Positions 50,305 to 61,003 of a stretch of 64,000 nt of DNA are shown here, piece after piece; the first letter of the stretch is position 1, and every line of letters starts with the position of its first letter. A program made the translations under genes and the position numbers. The stretch lies in assembly GCF_006345805.1 (NCBI RefSeq), contig NC_043006.1, forward strand, positions 81,034,001 to 81,098,000, read 5' to 3'. The DNA comes from Octopus sinensis (taxonomy: Eukaryota). The notes under the pieces are model-generated. The model was not told the origin of the DNA, made no database searches, and was given only the letters and a program-made list of their open reading frames with translations.

Positions 50305-50445
50305 AAAACTAAAGCTGTCTGAAGAACGGGAAGTGAAACTAACACTTTTTGTAATACCTTTGCAGCTTTTTGAATAAAACATATTACTCTACCTCCGGTA
50401 TTCGAGTATTATTTTGTTCCACCTTGTTTCGCATTTATGTGCTTT
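50305..50445 (+). mobile_element. Diverged relative of the young PLE pseudo-LTR 3' end with damaged HHR
   Basis: AAAGCTGT-CTGAAGA-AC(GGGAA)GT-GAAA...GCAGCTTT, then AATAAAACATATTACTCTACCTCCGGTATTCGAGTA...CCACCTTGTTTC matching 46188-46255. Confidence 0.7.
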
Positions 50446-50460
50446 CTCTGATATATCTAC

Positions 50461-50520
<60 letters not shown>

Positions 50521-50561
50521 CTCTATATATTTATATCTATATATATCTATATATATTATAT

Positions 50562-50606
<45 letters not shown>

Positions 50607-50629
50607 TATATATAGTTGAAATTTACAGA

Positions 50630-50740
50630 AAAGCAAAAGACGAATACATGTGTATTAGTTTGACGCTCGGGAATGTGAGAAAGTCTTTTACGTTTCTAGC
50701 CTACACTCTTCAACAGAAACGAACACGAGGAAATAAAATG
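50630..50740 (-). mobile_element. CUGUNGA-family short repeat
   Basis: Minus strand GTTT-CTGTTGA-A-GAGT(GTAG)GCTA-GAA-ACGT-A-AAAG at 50685-50720. Confidence 0.6.
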
Positions 50741-51521
50741 ACACACACACACAAACATACACATACACACACACACATACACACACACACACACACACAT
50801 ACATACATGACAATTGCCTGAAAATATTAACCCGCTGGTCAGTTTGCTTTTGTTTTTTTTTTCCCCGATGAGCGTGTGACAATAGAACTAATGCACTTCG
50901 CACTAGTGGCTCGTCATCAAATTTATGAAAACTATGCTTATAGAACTATACGTTAATGTAACTAAGTGATATTCTGTAGACGCCTCAAGAGAAAGCAAAT
51001 CGGGGAATTTGTTACAATACGGATAAAATTCCTTGTAGCATTTGTTCCAGCACTTTATGAGTTTAAATGCCTCCGAGTTCAATTTTTGTCTTTCATCCTT
51101 CGGCGTTGATGAACTAATGTGCTGACCAACTGCTGATGTCAATTTAGTCATATAATCGGTTCCCTAGAATTTGTTTAACTAAGTCACAAACTGAATTATT
51201 TAAAGATGCTGGGCTCGCACATTCGCTAGAGCGTCAGAAAAATTTTTTTCTGTTAATCCTTCCACCGTGAGTTCAAATCACACCGAGGTCGGCTTTGCTT
51301 TTCAGTATTTGGAACCAACAAATTATCAATAGACATACCATTCAAGGACTAGGTTTCCTTGTACCAACTATTTTCCCTCTCCTGAAAATGTTATATTTTT
51401 TTCATTAATCAGAAACCATTTTATGCACACCTGTATTTCTTCATTTTAAACATACTTTAACTTCTTTGTGCGCTGTTTCCGCAACATTTGGGTGCGTGCA
51501 CAATGCTCATATTAACAGGAA

Positions 51522-51736
51522 GCTGGCAGAAACGTTAGCACGCCGGGCGAAATGCGTTGCCGTATTTCGTCTGCCGTTACGTTCCGAGTTCAAATTCCGC
51601 CGAGGTCGACTTTGCCTTTCATCCTTCCGGGGTCGATAAATTAAGTACCAGTTACGCACTGGGGTCTATGTAATCGACTTAATCCCTTTGTTTGTCTCCT
51701 CTGTGTTTATCCCCTTGTGGGTAGTAAAGAAATATA
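51522..51736 (+). mobile_element. Full-length SINE family B with 14-bp target-site duplication
   Basis: CATATTAACAGGAA at 51508-51521 and 51737-51750 flanking GCTGGCAGAAACGTTAGC...GTAGTAAAGAAATATA. Confidence 0.9.
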
Positions 51737-52486
51737 CATATTAACAGGAATTGAACTGTGATACTACAGTCCTTATGAAATACATTTACGGGACAGAAAT
51801 TTTTCTTGTGTGTGAGAACATGCTAAATGAATGCTTCGAAATAACACTATTTTAATGGGTGGATGTTATTTTCATAATGGCATATTCGATGAGGAGGCAG
51901 TGTTCCTTACACACTTCAGAGATACTGCTTGGATCATTGTTAAAGATTCAGTCCAAGACATTTCCATCTAGCATTTCACATTATATTAGTCAAAGGTATG
52001 AGAGTTATATATACAAATATGGTTAGACTTTTTCACCTTTCTGAGTTTGAAATTTCGTTTTTGAATCATTTGATATTTGTTAATACTAATACCATTTCCT
52101 CATAGAATTTACAGCCATACTGCAGTATTACAGTCCGTGTGTTTGTACTCAAATATATCGATTGCAGTATTTTGCTTAGTACATATTTTATTGTTTTCGT
52201 AAGATAGTAAATTCAAAGTAGCCATTGGCTGCAAAGGAAGTTAGTTCAGTTCGACTTAAATACCATTGGACCTTGGTGTTGAAATACATTGCGTCCATTT
52301 ACATGGCAACATAAACAGACACACAGACACAAAGGCACAGAGAAAAGGAGAAAGAGATAGAGGTTGAGAGAGAGATAAAGAGGGTGAGAGAAGGATAGAG
52401 AGGGTGAGAGGGGGGAGAGAAAGAGAAACATACACATACATGAATGCATAATATTTACATACGTGTATGCATGCATATTTATTTAT

Positions 52487-52581
<95 letters not shown>

Positions 52582-53376
52582 CCAGTGTGTGTGTGTGAGA
52601 GTGTGCAGTACGGCAAGATTTCGCTCATTTTCCATCTACCAGCGAAATTCCCGACATAACCGTATGGTTTTGTTTGACAAATTCGGGGTCGTTGAATTTT
52701 CTTTTGATAAATATTGCCCAAACTTCATTGTTGTGATATTAAATCCGTACGCAGTATAGTCTGTAAATGCCAGACCAGCAACGGGAAGTGGCTGACCTCC
52801 CCTACCCGAAGGTTACAATGGACAGAGGTTCGTGTGTCACATAGCTAACTCGAGGCGACGGCCTCTTGGAGTTAATCAACGGCAGCATTCATCCCATTTT
52901 TCTGGACTGCCATGTTAGCTTGGCGATAACTATTAATATTTTACTTTATGTCGTGTACCTTTTCAAACACGTGAATTCTAACTGTCGAACGACGAAATCT
53001 ATGTTCAAAACCAAAATTTTAACTGGCACTGATTACAAGTTTTTAAAATTAACTCAAATAGATAAAAAAAAAAATATTAGATTCAACCTGCATTTATTTC
53101 TTAAGTATCAAAAGATTCGTTGAACATGTTACCTTAAACATTAACACGTTTACAATAGAAATCTGTCAGTGATCAAACCGCAGTGGTTCGACGAAAAGTT
53201 TGACACTTTAATAGATCAATCCAAAAGACTTATTTTGCTGTGCATTTTGTGGCAAAAAGTGCTCCTTCGCAATGTTTTTGCTGGTGTTTCAACACACAGT
53301 TCCAAATCAATTTACTTTGTTCTCAAATACAAATCAAGAAGGATTTAGTGTTTATGTTAGCAAAAAACATCCTTAT

Positions 53377-53530
53377 AGGCGTAGAAGTGGCTGTGTAGTA
53401 AGTAGCTTGCTTACGAACCACATGGTTCCGGGTTCAGTCCCACTGCGTGGCACCTTAGGCAAGTGTCTTCTCGGGACGACCAAAGCCTTGTGAGTGGATT
53501 TGGTAGACAGAAATTGAAAGAAGTCCGTCG

Positions 53531-53571
<41 letters not shown>

Positions 53572-53785
53572 ATGTGTGTGTGTGTGTCCGTGTTTGTCCA
53601 CCAACATCACTTGACAACCGATGTTGGTGTGTTTCCGTCCCCGTAACTTAGCGGTTCGGGTAAGAGTCCAATAGAATAAGTACTAGGCTCACAAAGAATA
53701 AGTCCTTGGGTCGATTTGCCTGACTAAAGGCGGTGCTCCAGCATGCTCACGGTCAAATAACTGAAACAAGTAAAAGGGTAAAGAG
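53377..53785 (+). mobile_element. SINE family A copy
   Basis: Full-length homology to 23845-24255. Confidence 0.85.
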
Positions 53786-53811
53786 TATAGTATAAATGTT
53801 TTATTTAATAT

Positions 53812-53940
53812 TTCATCCTCCCGGGATCAATTAAATAAGTACCAGTTACGCACTGGGGTCGATGTAATCGACTTAATCCCTTTGTCTGTCCTTGTTTGTC
53901 CCCTCTATGTTAAGCCTCTTGTGGGCAATACAGAAATAAA
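53812..53940 (+). mobile_element. SINE family B 3' half
   Basis: AAGTACCAGTTACGCACTGGGGTCGATGTAATCGACTTAATCCC core and tail. Confidence 0.75.
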
Positions 53941-54207
53941 TATCTAATAGGAAATATTTGGAATGGCACACGTGTGAAGAAATACAGCCAACTATAATGT
54001 ATGGTTTGTAGTCATAGACACTCGGCCGATTGTGAACAAGACAAATGTAACCTTTGCAATCACAACTAAAAACTAAATGGAACGTTTGCTAGAATTGTGT
54101 TACACATTTTGTCCAGTTCAGACCAGTAACTATTTATTGATCACACATTATATGATTCGTAATGATGATTATACCAAAAACAAATCGCCGGTACTGACTC
54201 ATTCCCG

Positions 54208-54295
<88 letters not shown>

Positions 54296-55157
54296 ACGCA
54301 CGCCACACCACATCACACAAAAAACAACCCAGACTGTCCCGTTATAAGTATCCTCATCCTCATGCCTAAACGCACGAATCTTAATTACAAACTCTACTCC
54401 TCGTTACACACAACGGCCTTGTACAGTCCACGTGCGATTTGATGAGGCTATTAAAATACAATATGGTGAAAACTATATTGTAGATTACTGAAGTAGATTA
54501 ATATGCCGAACACAAGTGTCAAGGTTTATAGACAGAAAATTATAGACAAGACGGTAAGAAACGTATCCGGCAAGTCTGATATGCAGAAGCCGGTTCTTTT
54601 ATTGTTGTTGCCTAATTGCAAATCTAATGGATGAGACCTATGATTAAAGACAATCTAGTTTGACTAACCCTTCGTTTTGAATATACATTACAATATTATC
54701 TGTGTGCATATACATTTGCAATCATGTAGTGTGTGAACTGAGGAAGATTTGTCTGTGTTTCTAGCATATAGAGCTTACGCACAGAAGCGCCGTCATTTGC
54801 TGATTATCAACTCTATGTAAATCAATACTGTTTGTGAAAGCTATGTGAAATAAACTGCAAACTGAGAATATTGAAAGAAATGAACATTTTCTAAAATCTG
54901 AGTTAAACATTGTAAAAACATTTTTAGTCATTAGCACATTACGTGACTAAATCAGAGCTGGCAGAATTAGATTGTAATACAGTGTCTAAAAGACAAAAAG
55001 AGCGTTGCATGCTTCACAACAAATCAGGTATTCAAAGAGGGTAAAAAGAGTGACTTTCTCTGAGTTCTGCCGAACTACTTAAAGTGATGCAAGTTAATGT
55101 TGTGCACCTTGTTGTTTTTATATTATCAAGAAACATGAAATAGCTTCAGACAAATAC

Positions 55158-55322
55158 AGGCGTAGGATTGGCTGTGCGGTAAGAAAATTGTTACTCCATG
55201 TATATGGCTCTGAATCCGATGCTGTTACCTGGCAAATGGAGTATCTTCTACTATAGACCCATACCCACCAAAAGACTTGAGACTGCATTTGGTAGACAGA
55301 AACTGAAAAAAGCCCGTAGTAC
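55158..55322 (+). mobile_element. Decayed SINE family A 5' part
   Basis: AGGCGTAGGATTGGCTGTGCGGTAAG...GGTAGACAGAAACTGAAA. Confidence 0.55.
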
Positions 55323-55734
55323 ATATATATGAACACATTATTATCCTCTTATTTATATAATACATTCTACTCCAACAACTCTATTATATCAACTCTGCAA
55401 TTATGTCTAAAAATAAATTCTATACTCTAAATTGTTACCTATTTTCTGCCTGTTCATTCGAGCAATTTCTTGAGAAACATTACAATGCTATTTGTTTTTT
55501 TTTTATTTAGTCGTATTTCAAGTCAGAGTTTTAAGTGGTAAACCAAACTGAGGGCTTATTGTATGTGCCTATTATAATATATCATTAGACGCCATTTTAT
55601 TACTACTCTCTCTCTATATATATATATGTATAAGTATGTATTTATGTGTGTATGTATGTATGTATGTATTTATGTATGCGTGTGTGTATATATATATTTA
55701 TTTATTTATATGTATACATACATACATAAATACA

Positions 55735-56465
55735 TATACATATTTTGAACTTTGCTCATTCAAGTAACTTTTCGACCCGATGATTGTGCCGTACACTTCA
55801 TACCTCAAATGTTTTTGACAATGTTTCCAGTTCAAAATTTTTAGAATTCGGTCATGTCTGCATTTCTTATATTTTTCCAGTGTCAACTTAGTGCATTCTA
55901 CAAAATGTGAACCAGTGTTCCATCCCATATTCTACATACTCTACGCTTTTCCGACACTTTTTCTCCATGCTCCTATATTCTGCACATAAACTTCCAATGT
56001 AATTAAACCTCTTCCACCCCCCGGTCTCTCTTCAAGTATAACCAGTTGATATCAGCTTTCTGATGACAGAGTCCATACATATTCAACAGATTTCTAGTTT
56101 TCCTCTGAAGTTTCTGAATCTCGCCTTTTGTTCACTACATAATTACAGTTCCATATTTGATAAATGGCATTGTCCTGGAATTTACTACTGCAGTAACATT
56201 TCTATAAATTTCAACGACAATAATATTTTCCTCACATTCATTTTATGCTTCATATTTGATATTTGCAAGTTGCTTCGTCTCTTCAATTTTTATTTCATAT
56301 GCTTCCAGTATTCCTAAATACTTATATCACTGTCCTATCTCAATTGATTTCCATGTTTGCCTGTTTGGTATTTCAATTCCTTGGCTTCCTTCAAATTGTT
56401 TTTCCATCATTATAAAAGTAGCTCACTTTTTCAAACATTAATTCCATTCCGACATCATTTGAAAA
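55735..56465 (-). mobile_element. Decayed R4/Dong-like LINE fragment (RT C-part, internal deletion)
   Basis: FSNDVGMEL, YKYLGILEA, KTRNLLNMYGLCHQKADINWLYLKR..GRGLI, SHFVECTKL..KCRHDRI. Confidence 0.65.
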
Positions 56466-57099
56466 AATGCGAACAGTATGCACAAATTATTATCATTAAT
56501 AAGTAAGAGAGCGGTGCATGCCATGAAAGTGACACTGGGGAACAAATATACAAAGCTTAATAAACCCATCCTGACAACCCGTCTGATAAGGCTACACTAA
56601 GCACATGCATCACAGCCATATGTACGCGATATGTTAATCTCATATCAAGATAACCAGCGCATAAGCTTGCAGGTGGGGCCCAGATTTATTTCATGTCAAA
56701 TAGGCCATCCAGCTCAAAAGGTCCCTGAAAAAGGTTTGAGCTAAGGGTGATGAACAACACACACATGTTTCCAGAGGTGAATGATACAAACTCCAAAGAA
56801 TTCCTTTCAACATACGGCTATGATACTGCCCCACTACTTCTGCTAGTGAGCAGAGATATTGTCAGCCACCGAATGACATGCATAACTGGATAAGGTCAAA
56901 TAGCTGACAAGCAAATCTGTGGTATTGAACAGAATATTTGCTGTGCGCCATCTTCTATACCAAGACAAAACTATGTACACGAAAACATTTCCGATCAGTT
57001 ATGATCAAATGTCACGCGAACCATCGCTTGGCACTGCAGCAGGACATTTAAGGTACTGCATCAGGATATTTATACTGCATCGGGGTATTTAGTAGAGCA

Positions 57100-57377
57100 T
57101 TAGGGCATCTGTTATTATTTTCTCTATCACAGGTTTTGTTGGAGGGTTTACTCCATGCATCCAACGGTACCATGCTATTCGCTCTTTTCATCTGTCCAAT
57201 ATTTATCCGATTATTCTGACCGTGCCAACTTTTATAACAGTTTCACTGGGTTTTCCAGTTTCCTCTATATTTTTCTTGATGCCTTCGGATAGTGTTCCCA
57301 AGGACACAACAATAATAGGCACTATCTTCACCTTCCCCATTTTCCATAGTCGGGCTATTTGGTTCTTCGGTGGGTTG

Positions 57378-57452
<75 letters not shown>

Positions 57453-58305
57453 ATTTTCACCTTCCTTCTTGGCTATTCGTGGGTCAAAGGGGCATGCAAC
57501 ATCAACTATATAGCATATGTGAAGCACCTTGTCCACCACCACTAAGTCCGGTCTGTTATGCTCTAGCATATTATCTGCTTGGATTGGGAAATCCCAGAGG
57601 ATTTTGCTAGTCTCCGACTCTCCCATTCTCTCGATTTTGTGTTCATACCACGTCTTGTCTCTGTCTAGCCCCCACTTTTCACACAGTTTCCAAGGTAATA
57701 TTTTCGCCACCTGGTCGTGTCGCCACAACTTGTTGTTGTTTCGGGCAAGTCTAGGGCATTCGTTCGTGATATGGGCAATGGTTTCATCCAGACTGTTGCA
57801 GATGCGGCTCAGCGGAGACACTTGCTCATTCCTAAGGTCGACCTTCCAGTTCGTAGCCAAAGCTTGGTCTTGTGCTGCTAGTATAGTACTCTCGGTCTCT
57901 TTCTTAGGGTTCCGTTCATCAGCCAATCCCACCTATTTTATCCAGCAACTCCTGTTGTGTCTACATGGAATTGAGATTGTGTAGTCCCTTCTTGCGTAAT
58001 TCTTCCACATGTACTTTTTGTACTTCTTCCTCTCTTTTCCCTTTTTTCTCTACTCTCAATACTCCCTCGTTCCTAACTGTCACTAGGAATGTTTCCTTAC
58101 TTTGGGCTAGGTATCTCATTAAGCTCTCAACTTCAATACGCACATAGTCTTCCACATGTATCAGTCCACTTCCTCCATTTGCTCTTTTCATGTATAGGCG
58201 GTCAGTGTCTGCACGGATGATGGGATCCATGCATCGTAAGGAGCTTTCTTGACTTCCTGTCCATCTCCTTTTGCTTCTCTTCTGTCCAGTTTAGGATTCC
58301 AAGGT
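57100..58305 (-). mobile_element. R4/Dong-like RLE LINE 3' fragment split by (GATA)n
   Basis: LGILNWT...DRKSRKLLTMH...ADTDRLYMKRANGGSGLI, ETESTILAAQDQAL, ETIAHITNEC, RHDQVAK, ILWDFPIQAD, NRPDLVVVDK, IVDVACPFD, VPIIVVSLGT. Confidence 0.85.
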
Positions 58306-58420
58306 CAATTAATTAAGTATGAGTTACGCACTGGGGTCGATGTAATCGACTTAATCCCTATGCCTGATCTTATCTGTCCCTTCTATGTTTAGCCCCTTGT
58401 AGGCAATAAAGAAATAAATA
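58305..58420 (+). mobile_element. SINE family B 3' fragment
   Basis: GTTACGCACTGGGGTCGATGTAATCGAC...GCCCCTTGTAGGCAATAAAGAAATA. Confidence 0.7.
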
Positions 58421-59781
58421 TTATGATACTAATAAAATTATCAATTATACATTCTTAACCTGATATATAAATACATAATTGTTCAAGAAGTATATCATAA
58501 TTGTTTTTGATTAGATTACGTTTGATTACGGTATGTTAATGAGTATAGTTTTCGTTTTGTGTATGACTTTAATATTGTTTACAAATTTTTTTTATAGTAT
58601 TTGGTGTAACTACTGTAGCCATGAATTTTTCAATATCGCATCGCTTCTCAATCTTCTGGATGGCCAAAGAAGGGTACAAAGTGTTACGATGCATAGAATG
58701 TTGATATACAAAATGGATGTGAAAGATACACTGTAATATGCGAGCGTTACGGCGAAAGATGTCGAGAAATGAAAAGAGAACTCAGAAAGCAACTATGTAT
58801 GAATTCGGCATCTAGAACAATAAAACTAAAACACTCTGCAATAAAAAGATTCAATTTCTGGACATAAACTTGCTTTTCGACATATCAATTACGCCATGTT
58901 TGCCAACACCCCTGAAACAAATACCTGTACGTTTATGTAGACTGCGAAAGTCCACAGAGATATAAAATGTCAGAGGTGAAATAGCTACGTTGAATAGGTT
59001 TTATTTTCTTACCACAAGCAAATCTATAGAATAAAAGAAACGAATCATCAACATATTTACAAAAAAAAAAAGCAAAACAATACCATGTAGGTTAAACCAT
59101 GGGAGTATTCAGAGACAGATGTAACGCAATGAATACATTAAATCCAACATTTCTAACAAATAAACAAGGCACACATAACGTGTAGTTCATGAATTAAATG
59201 CATAATAACGGTGGAGTAGATGGGCACATTACAAAAACTCATAAATCGGAATATTAAGTGCATTCTGTTGACCAATAAACCAACTATTATTATATATACT
59301 ATGTAAACACTGAAATATAACACGCAACTTACCAATAACAAACAACAAGTCTGTAAATCTGTGAATAACCATCTAATGGCTAATGATATTTGCAGATTTT
59401 GTTGCAAAGTGAAACTTGTAAACTACGCAATAATAATATTTATACTGAATATGAAAGCTGGGGACTCTCCTATGGAATCTCCATGCACTTAAAACAATGA
59501 ATGATTAAGCTTAATGATGAAACCCACCTTTATAGCAGATCACGCAAATAGCATATCCGGGTTACATTTGTTGCATTCATAAAATAAACACGCAAATAAA
59601 ACACAAGGGTTGCACAGGTAACGCACGCAAGAAAAGAAGTAGACTTTACAGAAACAAAATCAGTCACGCCTGTAACCCCAAATGTTTCCCGTATAAAAAT
59701 ACAACAAACTTCGAACGATGATGTTTATATACTACAATAAAAAAAGACGTCAATTAACGTATGTTGTGTAAGCACTAATTA

Positions 59782-60006
59782 TTGGGTTGTCCGGAAAGTT
59801 CGTGCCGATTTTTAAAGAAAAGAAAAAGGTCAATAAATACTTGCCATTACATTTTTAATCAACGAAATAAGAACCATTTTGTTGCACAATGCGTCTCCAT
59901 CTTTCCTTTATCTTGAAAATACCCTCTTCCCAGAATTGAGGTGCCTAGGAGGGTAAATCGAAAGGTAAGCTACTATAAATCGGCACGATCTTTCCGGATA
60001 ACCCAA
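59782..60006 (-). mobile_element. Internally deleted mariner (MITE-size) with TIRs and TA target duplication
   Basis: ~30-bp TIRs TTGGGTT(G/A)TCCGGAAAG(T/A)TCGTGCCGATTT; internal minus-strand FWEEGIFKIKERWRRIVQQNGSYF (mariner C-terminus). Confidence 0.85.
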
Positions 60007-60404
60007 TACATAGAACCTTCCAAGTATACAGGCAAATATCAATTTACCCAGAAAACGGGGAGATGAAATTGATGAAAGAGTTGGGAAACAAAGAACAAGG
60101 AATTCATTCAAAAATAAAAAAGGTAAAAACTAAAAAAATGAATATTAAGTTATGAATAAATCCCATCTATGTTTTCGATACAGCATGACTGACAGAAAAC
60201 CTGTTCTCTGCGTTTACACACACACACGCGCACACATATTTGGATGATTGTGTTTCTACTTATGTGTGCGTGCGCGCGTGTGTGTGTGCACCTGCCTCTG
60301 TGTGTATGTGTGTACGCTTTTACCGATCAGATGAGATTAATCTGGCAGATGTTGACCGGAATGACCAGCAGCGAGCGGTGGTGGTTCCTTTCGAAGCAGA
60401 ATCA

Positions 60405-61003
60405 GCAAGATATTCTTTTCTACTATTGGCACAAGGCCCAAAAATTTGGGGGGAGTGGACCAGTCCATTAGATCGACCCCAGTGCGTAACTGGTACTTAA
60501 TTTATGGACCCCGAAAGGATGAAAGGCAAAGTTGACCTCGGCGGAATTTGAACTCAGAACGTAAAGAGAGACGTGCTAAAGTTTCATATTTCTTTACTGA
60601 CCACAAGGGGCTAAACATAAAGGGGACAAACAAGGACAGAGAAAGGGATTAAGTCGATTATATCGACCCCAGTGCGTAAGTAGAACTTATTTAATCGACC
60701 CCGAAAGGATGAAAGGGAAAGTCGACCTCGGCGGAATTTCAACTCAGAATGTAACGGTAGACGAAATACGTATTTCTTTACTACCCACAAGGGGCTAAAC
60801 ACAGAGAGGACAAACAAGGACAGACAAACGGATTAAGTCGATTATATCGACTCCAGTGCGTAACTGGTACTTATTTAATCAACCCCGAAAGGATGAAAGG
60901 CAAAGTCGACCTCGGCAGAATTTGAACAACTCATAACGAAAGGCAGACGAACTACCGCAAAGCATTTCGCCCAGCGTGCTAACATTTCTGCCAGCTCGCC
61001 GCC
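60405..61003 (-). mobile_element. Three head-to-tail SINE family B copies
   Basis: Core CCCCGAAAGGATGAAAGG.AAAGT.GACCTCGGC.GAATTT occurs three times; only the rightmost copy has a full head. Confidence 0.85.

Noticed and set aside
56500-56960. Probable interspersed repeat, possibly with an HDV-like ribozyme
   Set aside because: Single copy in the window and I could not build the nested pseudoknot.
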